64,000 bases of DNA, taken from NCBI GenBank assembly GCA_963845085.1, contig CAWJQI010000004.1, positions 32,001 to 96,000 of the forward strand, in the 5' to 3' direction. The position numbers were made by a program, and so were the translations under genes. The notes beneath the pieces are model-generated. The model did not search any database, was not told where the DNA came from, and saw nothing but the letters and a program-made list of their open reading frames with translations. Position 1 is the first letter of the stretch; every line of letters starts with the position of its first letter. Shown one piece after another: positions 37,002 through 46,143 of the stretch. This DNA comes from Candidatus Fermentibacterota bacterium (GTDB taxonomy: Bacteria > Fermentibacterota > Fermentibacteria > Fermentibacterales > JCC-6).

Positions 37002-38191
37002 CAGGCATCACCCCCCTCGCAGTTGCAGTTGTCGGGCAGCTTGACGAAGCCCGTCACAATGTCGCGGAAGCAGTTGCCCGCGGTCTGGCCCAGGCCGCAC
37101 TTGCTTGAAACGGCCATCACGTCACAAAGGTCGAGAAAAGGCTGAAGGCACTCCCTGCAGCAGACATCGTCCCCGCGAAGCGCCGATACCGCGTGCAGAA
37201 GCCTGGTGCAGCCCTCGCGACAGGGCGTGCACTGACCGCACGACTCGTGGACGAAGAACTCCATGAAGTTCTCCAGCACGTCGAGCATGTCGCGTCTGCC
37301 GTTGAAGACAATGACCGACCCGCCCGGCGGGAGGTCGCCGAAGCAGAGCGACCTGTCCAGCTGTGAGGCTGGAACGGTCTTTCCGCTCGCGCCGCCGACC
37401 TGAACGGCCTGAACATCCGACGCGCCGGCAAGCTGCAAAAGGTCGCTCAGAGGAGAACCCATGGAAAGCTCGTAAACTCCCGGCCTCGAAACGTCGCCGG
37501 AGATGCTGAACAGCTTTGTGCCCGGGGATTTGCCAACCCCGAGGCTCGCGTACCACTCAGGGCCGTTGAGGATGATGTGCGGCACCGAGCAGAAGGTTTC
37601 CACGTTGTTAACAATGGTCGGCTTGTTCATGTAGCCGGCGTTCACCGGGTATGGCGGCTTGTTCCTCGGTTCGCCCCGCTTGCCCTCCATGCTCTCGATC
37701 AGAGCCGTCTCCTCGCCGCAGACGTAGGCCCCCGCCCCGGGGCGGATCTCGATGTCGAAATTGAACGATGTTCCCTGTATGCCTTTGCCCAGGAGCTTCC
37801 TGTCGAGCATCCGCTGCCTTGCCTTCAGGATGCCATCGACGAGATACGGGTATTCGGCCCTGAGGTAGATTATGCCGGTGTCGGAACCGATGGCGTACCC
37901 TCCGATGGCCATGCCTTCCAGAAGCCGGTCAGGGTATTTCTCGAGCAGCACCCTGTCCTTGAATGTTCCGGGTTCACCCTCATCGGCGTTGCAGATCACG
38001 AACTTCCTGTCCGAGCTTGCAGCGCCTGCAAGGTTCCACTTGACGCCCGTGGGGAACCCGGCTCCGCCAAGACCCTTCATGCCGGAGTCACGGACCATGA
38101 AGACAACATCGGCCGGCTTCATGGTGAGTGCCTTGGAAAGCCCCGCCCCGAATTCGGGCTGGTTCTCCGAAAGGAGCACCTTTTTCTCCAT
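37001..38191 (-). CDS. hydB: NADH/FMN-binding hydrogenase subunit (NuoF-like, short form)
   Basis: GLGGAGFPTG.KW, NADEGEPGTFKDR, GAGAYVCGEETAL and ESCGQCTPCREG...CGLG motifs. Confidence 0.92.
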   Translation of the reverse strand: MEKKVLLSENQPEFGAGLSKALTMKPADVVFMVRDSGMKGLGGAGFPTGVKWNLAGAASSDRKFVICNADEGEPGTFKDRVLLEKYPDRLLEGMAIGGYAIGSDTGIIYLRAEYPYLVDGILKARQRMLDRKLLGKGIQGTSFNFDIEIRPGAGAYVCGEETALIESMEGKRGEPRNKPPYPVNAGYMNKPTIVNNVETFCSVPHIILNGPEWYASLGVGKSPGTKLFSISGDVSRPGVYELSMGSPLSDLLQLAGASDVQAVQVGGASGKTVPASQLDRSLCFGDLPPGGSVIVFNGRRDMLDVLENFMEFFVHESCGQCTPCREGCTRLLHAVSALRGDDVCCRECLQPFLDLCDVMAVSSKCGLGQTAGNCFRDIVTGFVKLPDNCNCEGGDA

Positions 38192-38203
38192 GATGCCCCC
38201 TCT

Positions 38204-38665
38204 CTATTCGAGCCCCGCGATAATCGCGCGGGCCTTGTCCGGGGTGAGCCCGGTGTGGGGAGTGTCGTTCACCAGCATCGCCGGCGCCATGTCGCACAAT
38301 CCAATGCATGCAGTGGTCTCGAGGGTCACACGACCGTCGGGGGTGGTGTCGCCGACCTCGATGCCGAGTTCGCTCCTGAGCGCCTCGAGGATCTCACGCT
38401 GACCCTTCATGGCGCAGCTGATCGTGCTGCAGACCCGGACGATGTTCCTGCCCCTGGGTTCGAGAGAAATGAAGCTGTAGAAGCTTGCGACGCTGTAGAT
38501 CTCAGCGGCGCTCATGTCGAGCGCGAGCGCGATCTCCTTCATTGCCTCGGGGGGAACCCAGCCCAGCTCCGAGTTCACCATCACAAGCAGCTGGACGATA
38601 CGCTCGCGGCCGGCTCCGAACTCCCGAAGTCCCGCGGCCACGATCTCGACTGCATCCCGTGACAC
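38204..38665 (-). CDS. hydC: 2Fe-2S hydrogenase subunit (NuoE-like)
   Basis: VASFYS, VCSTISC and ACIGLCDMAPAM motifs. Confidence 0.92.
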   Translation of the reverse strand: MSRDAVEIVAAGLREFGAGRERIVQLLVMVNSELGWVPPEAMKEIALALDMSAAEIYSVASFYSFISLEPRGRNIVRVCSTISCAMKGQREILEALRSELGIEVGDTTPDGRVTLETTACIGLCDMAPAMLVNDTPHTGLTPDKARAIIAGLE

Positions 38666-39063
38666 TACGCTTCCCCTTTCTTGAGTACTTCCCTTATCCT
38701 GCTGATGAGAAGGGTCGGAGGCACTGGCTTCTCAAGGTATGCCTCGACGGGAAAGAAATCGGGATGTTCGCCGGGTCTGTAATCGTAACCAGTCACCTTG
38801 CCTACGCTGGTGAGCATGATGATCGGAACCTCGCTTTGAAGCCGCTGACGGATCCGCCTGGCAACGGCGAACCCCTCGTCGGTGTTTTCCATCATCACGT
38901 CGAGCACCACAACATCGGGATTTTCCCGCATCACCATCTCAAGTCCTTCGGCACCGCTGGATGCCGCAAGCACCTCGAAGCCTGCGGCTTCCAGAACGAT
39001 GCTGTTGGCTTCGATGAAATCCGGATCATCGTCGACCAGAAGCACCCTGATCCTGTCAGACAT
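38665..39063 (-). CDS. Single-domain response regulator
   Basis: LLVDDD, VLDVMM, MLTS and EKP motifs; no output domain; TAGTG overlap with hydC. Confidence 0.92.
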   Translation of the reverse strand: MSDRIRVLLVDDDPDFIEANSIVLEAAGFEVLAASSGAEGLEMVMRENPDVVVLDVMMENTDEGFAVARRIRQRLQSEVPIIMLTSVGKVTGYDYRPGEHPDFFPVEAYLEKPVPPTLLISRIREVLKKGEA

Positions 39064-39130
39064 GTCGCATCCTTTCCAAAGTTGTGCCTGGAAAAAGAGG
39101 AGTTACATTTTTGCTACGCTGTAAAATGAT

Positions 39131-39159
39131 ATTAGACAACAATTACGGTGATTTGTCAA
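39131..39159 (-). promoter_or_regulatory. Sigma70-type promoter of the RR-hydCBA operon
   Basis: Minus strand TTGACA-N17-TCTAAT. Confidence 0.65.
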
Positions 39160-39163
39160 GGTT

Positions 39164-39186
39164 CGTTATGAAAGTGATTCATAACG
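39164..39186. promoter_or_regulatory. Perfect inverted repeat, putative transcription-factor site
   Basis: CGTTATGAA-AGTGA-TTCATAACG, 4 bp upstream of the -35 box. Confidence 0.6.
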
Positions 39187-39270
39187 TTGCAAGCCATTGT
39201 TGCGCAATGGGGACGCAGTGCGATAAAGCCGCAGATGGGCTGTGAAAATCTGTAACGTTGGTTCCCGTGC

Positions 39271-39307
39271 AAAGAAAACGGGCGGGCCGGGATAACCCGG
39301 TCCGCCC
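39271..39307 (-). terminator. Rho-independent terminator after ahcY
   Basis: Roughly 12-bp GC stem with a 4-nt loop, followed on the minus strand by GTTTTCTTT. Confidence 0.75.
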
Positions 39308-39353
39308 TCATTCACCCGTGCTGCGCCGATGCAGCGGATCGTTACGCAAACGC

Positions 39354-40772
39354 CTAGTAGCGGTAAGACTCCGGTTTGAAGGGTCCGTCCACGGGAACGC
39401 CGATGTACCGGGACTGCTCGCCCGTGAGCCTGGTGAGCCTGACGCCGAGCTTCGCGAGGTGAAGCCGGGCAACCTCTTCATCCAGCGCTTTGGGCAGAAC
39501 GTACACTCCGACCCCGGGCTTCTCCGTCGCGAGGGCGATCTGGGCAAGGCACTGGTTCGTGAAGCTGCTGCTCATGACGAAGCTCGGGTGGCCCGTGGCG
39601 CAACCGAGGTTCACCAGCCTGCCCTCGGCCAGAAGGTAAATGCAGTGGCCGTCGGGGAATGTGAAACGGTGCACCTGCGGTTTGATCTCGTCCTTCACGA
39701 TGCCCGCAACGGCCTCCAAACGTTCCACCTGGATCTCGTTGTCGAAGTGGCCGATGTTGCAGACGATCGACTGGTCCTTCATCATCCCCATGTGTTCCGC
39801 GGTTATCACGTCACGGTTGCCCGTGGCCGTGACGAAAATGTCGGCCTCGGGAAGGGCGTGCTCAACGGTGGTGACCTCGTACCCCTCCATGGCTGCCTGA
39901 AGGGCGCAGATCGGATCAATCTCGGTAACGAGGACCCTCGCGCCGAAACCTCTCATGCTCTGGCAGCAGCCCTTTCCCACATCTCCGTAGCCGCATACCA
40001 GAACCGTCTTCCCGGCGACCATCACATCAGTGGCCCTCTTGATCCCGTCGGCAAGCGATTCCCTGCAGCCGTACAGGTTGTCGAACTTGCTCTTCGTGAC
40101 GGAATCGTTCACATTGTACGCCGGGAAGAGAAGCTCCCCGTCTTTCAGCATCCGGTAGAGCCGGTGGACACCGGTGGTGGTCTCCTCGCTCACGCCGATC
40201 ATTTCCCGGGCGGTTCTCGTCCAGAATGTCGGATCAGCGGCCAGGCCGCCGATGATGTTCTCCCTGAGGCGGCGAAGGTCCTCGGGACCGGCGCCCGTTT
40301 CGGGAAGCTTCCCGGAGACTGAGTATTCCCGCTCGAGGGTTACGCCCAGGTGGACCATCAGTGTGGCGTCGCCGCCGTCGTCCACTATCAGGACGGGCCC
40401 GTGCCCGCCCGGGAATGTGAGCGCCATCCTGGTGCACCACCAGTACTCCTCGAGATTCTCACCCTTCCAGGCGAACACCGGAACCCCTGCTTCCGCGATC
40501 GCCGCGGCGGCATGGTCCTGCGTGCTGAAGATGTTGCAGCTGGCCCATCTCACATCGGCTCCGAGCTCCCTGAGCGTCTCTATCAGAACGGCGGTCTGGA
40601 CCGTCATGTGAAGCGATCCAGAAAGGCGCAGCCCCGAAAGGGGTTTTCGCGGACCGTATTTCTCCCTGATCGCCATGAGCCCCGGCATCTCGTGCTCGGC
40701 GATCGCTATCTCCCTCCGGCCGAAACCGGCGAGGGAAAGGTCCGCCACCCTGAAACTGTCGTCAGCGCGCAT
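39354..40772 (-). CDS. ahcY: Adenosylhomocysteinase
   Basis: [42 protein letters not shown] and [13 protein letters not shown] motifs. Confidence 0.98.
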   Translation of the reverse strand: MRADDSFRVADLSLAGFGRREIAIAEHEMPGLMAIREKYGPRKPLSGLRLSGSLHMTVQTAVLIETLRELGADVRWASCNIFSTQDHAAAAIAEAGVPVFAWKGENLEEYWWCTRMALTFPGGHGPVLIVDDGGDATLMVHLGVTLEREYSVSGKLPETGAGPEDLRRLRENIIGGLAADPTFWTRTAREMIGVSEETTTGVHRLYRMLKDGELLFPAYNVNDSVTKSKFDNLYGCRESLADGIKRATDVMVAGKTVLVCGYGDVGKGCCQSMRGFGARVLVTEIDPICALQAAMEGYEVTTVEHALPEADIFVTATGNRDVITAEHMGMMKDQSIVCNIGHFDNEIQVERLEAVAGIVKDEIKPQVHRFTFPDGHCIYLLAEGRLVNLGCATGHPSFVMSSSFTNQCLAQIALATEKPGVGVYVLPKALDEEVARLHLAKLGVRLTRLTGEQSRYIGVPVDGPFKPESYRY

Positions 40773-41685
40773 CCCTGTCTCCTTTCATGAACAGAATGAT
40801 CTCGATCGATTGTCCATCCGGAAAAACCTCGTCCTTTTGTGCAAGACCCGCCTCGGCGCACCATTCAGTGAGTTCTTCGGGCGAAAACCCCGGCCAGAGG
40901 TCGCCATGACGCTGGCGGAATGAATCCGACGGCTGGCGTGTGAACTCCACCACAACAAGCCTTCCACGGCTCCTGAGAACCCTGGCCGCCTCGTGCAGGG
41001 CGTCTCTGGGGCTGGCCGCATGGTGGAGCATGAAGTGCATCAGCACGGCATCGACAGAAGCATCCCCCATGGGCAGGTGCTCGGCTTCTCCAAGCCTGAA
41101 CTCCACACGGTCGGAGAGGCCCTGTTCAAGTGCGGTCTTTCCGGCCGAATCGAGCATTTCCGGGGAGTTGTCAACACCCACCACCCTGCGGGAGAGCCCT
41201 GCCAGGAAGGGGATCATGTGCCCGGCGCCCACGCCGACTTCAAGAAGCGCATCCGGCCCGTCGAGCTGCCTCGCAAGGGTGTCGAGGTAGAGGGAGGGGG
41301 GGGGCAGGCTTTCCCTGACGCTGTTCCAGCGATCGCCGAGGGCGGCGAAGAATTCCCTTGATCTGTTGCTTCTCTCCCTGTAGAGGGCTGCCAGCCTGCG
41401 CATGTCGGCAGCGGAGAAGGGCAGTGCCTCCCTGCGCGCGGCAAGAACCCTTACAAGCTCCCCCACAAAGGGTTCCGCGGGATGGACGCTGTAGAAGGCC
41501 CAGCCCCGCTCGCCCCGGCGGTGAACGATACCGGCGTCGGTCAGCTGCTTCAGATGATGGCTTGCATTCGATTGGGAAAGCCCGAGCACCGACGAGATCT
41601 CCCCCACCGAAAGGGGACCCCGTTCCAGTATCAGAACCATCCGAAGCCGGTTCCTGTCCGCAAGTGCACGAAAGATCCGTTCCAT
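40762..41685 (-). CDS. sahR: ArsR-HTH plus SAM-methyltransferase-fold regulator (SahR-like)
   Basis: FRALAD..RLR...[27 protein letters not shown] motif, directly upstream of and overlapping ahcY. Confidence 0.8.
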   Translation of the reverse strand: MERIFRALADRNRLRMVLILERGPLSVGEISSVLGLSQSNASHHLKQLTDAGIVHRRGERGWAFYSVHPAEPFVGELVRVLAARREALPFSAADMRRLAALYRERSNRSREFFAALGDRWNSVRESLPPPSLYLDTLARQLDGPDALLEVGVGAGHMIPFLAGLSRRVVGVDNSPEMLDSAGKTALEQGLSDRVEFRLGEAEHLPMGDASVDAVLMHFMLHHAASPRDALHEAARVLRSRGRLVVVEFTRQPSDSFRQRHGDLWPGFSPEELTEWCAEAGLAQKDEVFPDGQSIEIILFMKGDRDAR

Positions 41686-41691
41686 GCCATG

Positions 41692-41720
41692 AGTATATCA
41701 ACATGTATTCATATGGTCAA
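41692..41720 (-). promoter_or_regulatory. Promoter of sahR-ahcY with overlapping 20-bp operator (41695-41714)
   Basis: TTGACC-N17-TATACT, ending 6 nt before ATG 41685. The palindrome ATATCAA-CATGTA-TTCATAT covers the spacer and part of the -10 box. Confidence 0.75.
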
Positions 41721-41805
41721 TCCCCCACGCCCCCCTTTATTGCACATGACAAACCACATCCTATTGGCTACATTCCCCGGGTGAAGCCTTAACCGGAGGT
41801 CAGGT

Positions 41806-44800
41806 GTGACGAAAAGTTCGCTGACTTCTATACCTTCGATCCCGGCTGCGGGGGAGAACCCCAAGGCGGCGGTTCTGTCCTTCAGGGTCTGCGGCCTCGA
41901 CGGGCTTCTAAACGTTCTCGATCCGGCGGTGCTCTCGGGCTACCGTGATTCGGTTTTTACCGAACTGCGCAGAAGTCTCGCGGAGTGCGGCGGAGTTCCC
42001 GATCCGGGCGAAGGGCCCATCCTCACCACCACGTTCGATCCCGGAATCACCCGTGTGCGCTACTGTCTGCAGGCTGTAGAGTGTGCGCTCCAACTCGCGG
42101 TGAAGTTCCGGCTCCTTACCGGAGAGCTCCGCGAAAGGGGCATCGACGTGTACTGCAGGGCCGGTATAGCCTGGGGACCTGTTTCCGATTCCACGAACAG
42201 GCTTTCATCGGCCCTCGAGGAGGCGGCGGGCAGGGACGGGCTGCTGGTTTCCCCCGAGATCGCCGGCATGACATGCGACCGCTGGAACTGGGAGCTCTTC
42301 GACACCGGCACTAAAAAAATCAGAGCCCTGCATCCGGTTGGAAGGAAGGACCCCGTCGGAGCACCGGCCTTCACCCCTGACCACCCCCTCTATAGAAGCC
42401 TGATGAACACGTGGGAGGGTTTTCTCAGGGAGGGCACGGGGGCGTCGGGCGGTGTCGCCATAATCGGGGACCCCGGTCTCGGGAAAAACACCATGGCCGA
42501 GGAGTACGCGGCTTTCATCGCAGGCAGTACCGAAAGGGTAGTCATCTGCAGCGGTTTCAACCGCGAGGGACAACCGCCGATGGGCATGTGGTTCGTCATA
42601 GGGGGCGAAAGGGCTCGCCCGGGGGGTGAACACCTTCCGCTCTGGCTGGCCGGAGCCCTGCGGGAGCTGGCCGGCACAAACCGCAGGGCGATAGTGCTGA
42701 TCAGGGATGTTCACTGTGCCGATGACGTATCGCTCAAGGTCCTCTCACGGCTGCTCGTGATGCCCCCCGAGGGGTTGTCGCTGTTCTTCATCCTCGTCGG
42801 AGACCATCTGCCCGACCAGCTCCCCGCCAACAGGCTGAATGTTGTGAAACCATCGCCCATGAACAGAACCGAAATCAGGGCTTTCATAGAAAGTGCGCTG
42901 ACCGGGCCGAAAGATGTCGGGCTCGGTGACGCCCTGGCGTTCACCCTGCACAAGTCGACGATGGGCTACCCCATGTTCGTTCACCACACGCTTCTGTACA
43001 TGGTGTCGAGCGGCATTCTCGCAAAAGGGGCCGACGGGATCTGGAGGCTCGAAAGGGAGCTCACGGGTATCCCGCCTTCAGTCGAGGCGGTGCTTCACAG
43101 CAGGATCGACTGCCTCGCTCCTGAACTGCGCAGCGGTCTTCAACTGGCCGGCCTGCTTGGCCGCAGTTTCCAGCGCGAACTGTTTCTAAACGTGCACGAT
43201 GAGTTCTTCGGACGCGACGGCGAGCCGATTCTCGAGGGACTTTCGCGAACCGGTTTCCTATCGATCCACGGCTCGTCGTGCCACTTCCTTGGAAGCCTTC
43301 TGGCAGGCGCCGCAGAAAGCCTTCTGAACGGGGAGAGTGCAGTGAGGATGCACGGTCTGGCCGCCGAGCGCCTGGCGGACGGAAGATCTCCCGGCCCCGG
43401 AGAAACGGCCGCCCTCGAGACGGCCAACCATTTCGCGGGGGCCGACCGCCATCGTGAGGCCCTCCCCTGGGCGCTCGCCGCGCTTGACCAGATGGTCGCC
43501 GCGGGGGACTGCAGGGGCGGGCTGCAGCTGCACGCCAGAATACGCGACTGGCCGCTCGGCGAACCCGATTCCGAAACCTCCCGAAGGCTCACCATGGCAT
43601 CATTCGAGCTGCACGCTCTCAAGGGCTGTTTCCTTGAAGCGTTTGATGCGTTTAACATCGTGTATCCCCTCGCCCGTCCTGAAGACATTCCGAAACTGAT
43701 GTCAACAAAGGCGAGGATCCTCGCTGAAAGGGGGGAAACGCTGCCGGCGGTCGCCATTCTCGAAAAACTGCTTGCTGAATCCGATCCTGACGGCGAGACA
43801 AGGGCCTCGGTGCTCTGCAGGCTGAGCAAGCTGTTCGCCCATCTCGGAAACATGGTTAAATCCCGTGAATACCAGGACAGGGCGCTTGACCTCATCGCGA
43901 AACGTCCTGAACTGATGGAGTGCATCATCGGGAACATGGCCATGACCCGCCTCATTGCAGGTGACACCGTCAAGGCGGAGGAGCTTTGCCGAATGGCGCT
44001 CGACTCGCACCGTTACGGGGGCAACCTCAAACACAAGGCGTCGCTTCTTGGCGCGCTCGCAATAATCGCCCTCCGCACGGGCAGGGAGGATGAGGGAATG
44101 GAGCTCTCCTCCGCGGCGGCGGAGATCCACCGCAGAAGCGGCAACATGCAGGGGTTGTGCGGGGTTCTGGGGAACACCGGCAGCATGCTGGCCAGGTCGG
44201 GAAGGCTGGAGCCGGCCCTCGAGGCACTGCACGAGGCCCTGGAGATGGCCAGACACATCGGCAACGCCGACATGGTGGCCAACTTCACACAGAGCATGGG
44301 AAACATATTCACGATCATGGGCAGGCTCGACGAAGCGGAAGCCCATTTCACTGAATCCCTGTCGACCGCTGAAACCATGGGCAATTCGCGGATGATGGCA
44401 TCAGCGCTCACCGGACTGGGGTCGATGAAACTCGTCGAAGGTTCGCTGGATGAGGCAGAGCGTCACTTCACAAGGGCAGTGCGGATGCACCACCGGTCGG
44501 GGAACATCTCAGGCGAGGCGCACAGCATGTCCGGGCTGGCCGAGGTCCACCTGCGCAGGGGGGAACCCGAAAGGGCGCTTGCCCCCGTGAAGGAGGCGCA
44601 AACCCTGGCCGTTGCATGCGGCGACATTCAGTCCTCCATCAGTATCCGATTCCTCGAGGCGAGGATCCTGCTGGCCAGGGGCATGGTGCACGAGGCAATC
44701 GATGCCTACCGCGACTCGTGCCGGGACGCCGGGGAACACGGCATTACCGTTGGCGGCATGGAGACAAGAAGCATTCTGGAGCGGGAGCTCTCCGTGATCG

Positions 44801-44832
44801 GTCTTCAGATGGAGAACACCGCGGACAGGTAG
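41806..44832 (+). CDS. STAND-type protein: degenerate class III cyclase-like domain, P-loop NTPase and TPR array
   Basis: RAGIAWG cyclase remnant, GDPGLGKN P-loop, LIRDVHCAD Walker B-like motif, G.P.F, IPPSVEAVLHSRID and C-terminal TPRs; GGAGG RBS before the GTG. Confidence 0.8.
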   Translation: MTKSSLTSIPSIPAAGENPKAAVLSFRVCGLDGLLNVLDPAVLSGYRDSVFTELRRSLAECGGVPDPGEGPILTTTFDPGITRVRYCLQAVECALQLAVKFRLLTGELRERGIDVYCRAGIAWGPVSDSTNRLSSALEEAAGRDGLLVSPEIAGMTCDRWNWELFDTGTKKIRALHPVGRKDPVGAPAFTPDHPLYRSLMNTWEGFLREGTGASGGVAIIGDPGLGKNTMAEEYAAFIAGSTERVVICSGFNREGQPPMGMWFVIGGERARPGGEHLPLWLAGALRELAGTNRRAIVLIRDVHCADDVSLKVLSRLLVMPPEGLSLFFILVGDHLPDQLPANRLNVVKPSPMNRTEIRAFIESALTGPKDVGLGDALAFTLHKSTMGYPMFVHHTLLYMVSSGILAKGADGIWRLERELTGIPPSVEAVLHSRIDCLAPELRSGLQLAGLLGRSFQRELFLNVHDEFFGRDGEPILEGLSRTGFLSIHGSSCHFLGSLLAGAAESLLNGESAVRMHGLAAERLADGRSPGPGETAALETANHFAGADRHREALPWALAALDQMVAAGDCRGGLQLHARIRDWPLGEPDSETSRRLTMASFELHALKGCFLEAFDAFNIVYPLARPEDIPKLMSTKARILAERGETLPAVAILEKLLAESDPDGETRASVLCRLSKLFAHLGNMVKSREYQDRALDLIAKRPELMECIIGNMAMTRLIAGDTVKAEELCRMALDSHRYGGNLKHKASLLGALAIIALRTGREDEGMELSSAAAEIHRRSGNMQGLCGVLGNTGSMLARSGRLEPALEALHEALEMARHIGNADMVANFTQSMGNIFTIMGRLDEAEAHFTESLSTAETMGNSRMMASALTGLGSMKLVEGSLDEAERHFTRAVRMHHRSGNISGEAHSMSGLAEVHLRRGEPERALAPVKEAQTLAVACGDIQSSISIRFLEARILLARGMVHEAIDAYRDSCRDAGEHGITVGGMETRSILERELSVIGLQMENTADR

Positions 44833-46143
44833 AACCTTGCATCGCCCGGACCGCGGTCGAGCGGGAATCCGGCACCCGCATCGTAGCGCAGCCTGCCGGT
44901 CCCTCCCCTCAGTCCGCCTCCTGCCGAAGCCGGCCTTTCAGTGCCCTCGAGTGTTTTCAAAACGCCCAGATCCATGAATGAGTACAACCTTGTCGCAGTC
45001 TCCCCGACTGAGAGTTCGGGCGATGCGATACCCCATTCCCCGGCCCTGTAGACGTCTTCCGGGTAACCCCTGAGCGTGCCGTAACCACCGAGCCTCCAGA
45101 GGCCCGATGACAGCCATTCGCCCTGAAGGATGCCTCCAGCAGCAACTTTGAGGCCGAAGCCGAATACGCCGCGGAACATGTTGAAGCCAGCGGAACCTTC
45201 ACCCGTGGCCATGAACCATGTTGAAAGGGAATCGGCAACAGGGCCGGTCGCATTGCCTCCGGTGGTCGAAACGGTCCCGGAAAAACCCTGCCTTCCCTGG
45301 GGAACCCTTTTTGTCAGGTCCCACGTGAGCCCGGCCGCGCCGTAATCGTACCGCTGCCTTTCCCCCCCGGCGGGCCACCCCGACCACGAGCCTCCGCCCC
45401 CCGAAACCTCGAGACCGCCGAGGTCGTAGAAAAGCCTTGTCTCCCACCTTCTGTTAACGCTTCCGGAATCGGGGATCTCCTGGCTTAAAAAAACACTGAA
45501 CCCCGCCGGAGTGCCGAACACCCAGGGCTCCCTGTACAGGAAGGAACCGTCTACGCCCCATTCCGTTGCGTCAGCGGAAAGCTCGATCCGCCTTCCGCCG
45601 CCAAAGAGGTTGGCGAGCACAAGTTCGCCCCCTCCAAGAACACCCGAGTCATCGTTGTATGACAGCCCTCCCGGCAAACCAGCCGGGCGGAGTTTCCTCG
45701 ACGGGAACGAAAAGAACAAGATCCCCCATCGGACCGAGCGCCAGCTCAGGGGCTCCAACGCTCTCGATCATGTCCAGCCTCTCCAGTTCCCCGATCCAGA
45801 GGGACACGGCTTCGGGGTCGTAAGCATCACCCGGTGCGAGCGACAGCCGCCTGAGAAGCAGCCCGGGTCTCGTGCGCATTCCCTCGGGGAACCTGACCTC
45901 CTCAAGCGAAGCCTTTCGGCCCGGCACAACGTTGACAACAAGGGTGTCGGGCGCTGAGAAGTACATCCCGGCCGAAGCGAATGGGTATCCCATGGAAAGG
46001 TACCACCGAAGAAGACCGTCGGGCAGGGCTGCGAGCGAGGAATCGGGAACGGTCCCTCCCGTCTCTGGAGGGGGAAAGGGCGGCGAACCGGTGTATGTCA
46101 CCACGGTGCCCAGAAGGATGAGAAGCCTGAACGCCGCGATCAA
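44805..46143 (-). pseudogene. BamA/TamA (Omp85) family outer-membrane protein, split by a +1 frameshift near 45671
   Basis: POTRA-like GYPFA in ORF 45649..46143; NLFGGGR, YREPW and LGGYGTLRGY barrel motifs in ORF 44805..45758. Deleting one G in GCC GGG AGG gives A-G-G-L-S-Y-N. Confidence 0.8.

Noticed and set aside
39188..39265. c-di-GMP-I riboswitch-like string (GCAAGCCATTG...CAATGGGGACGCA...AAAGCC)
   Set aside because: It has no GNRA tetraloop, has an insertion in the conserved core, and is oriented away from any downstream gene start.
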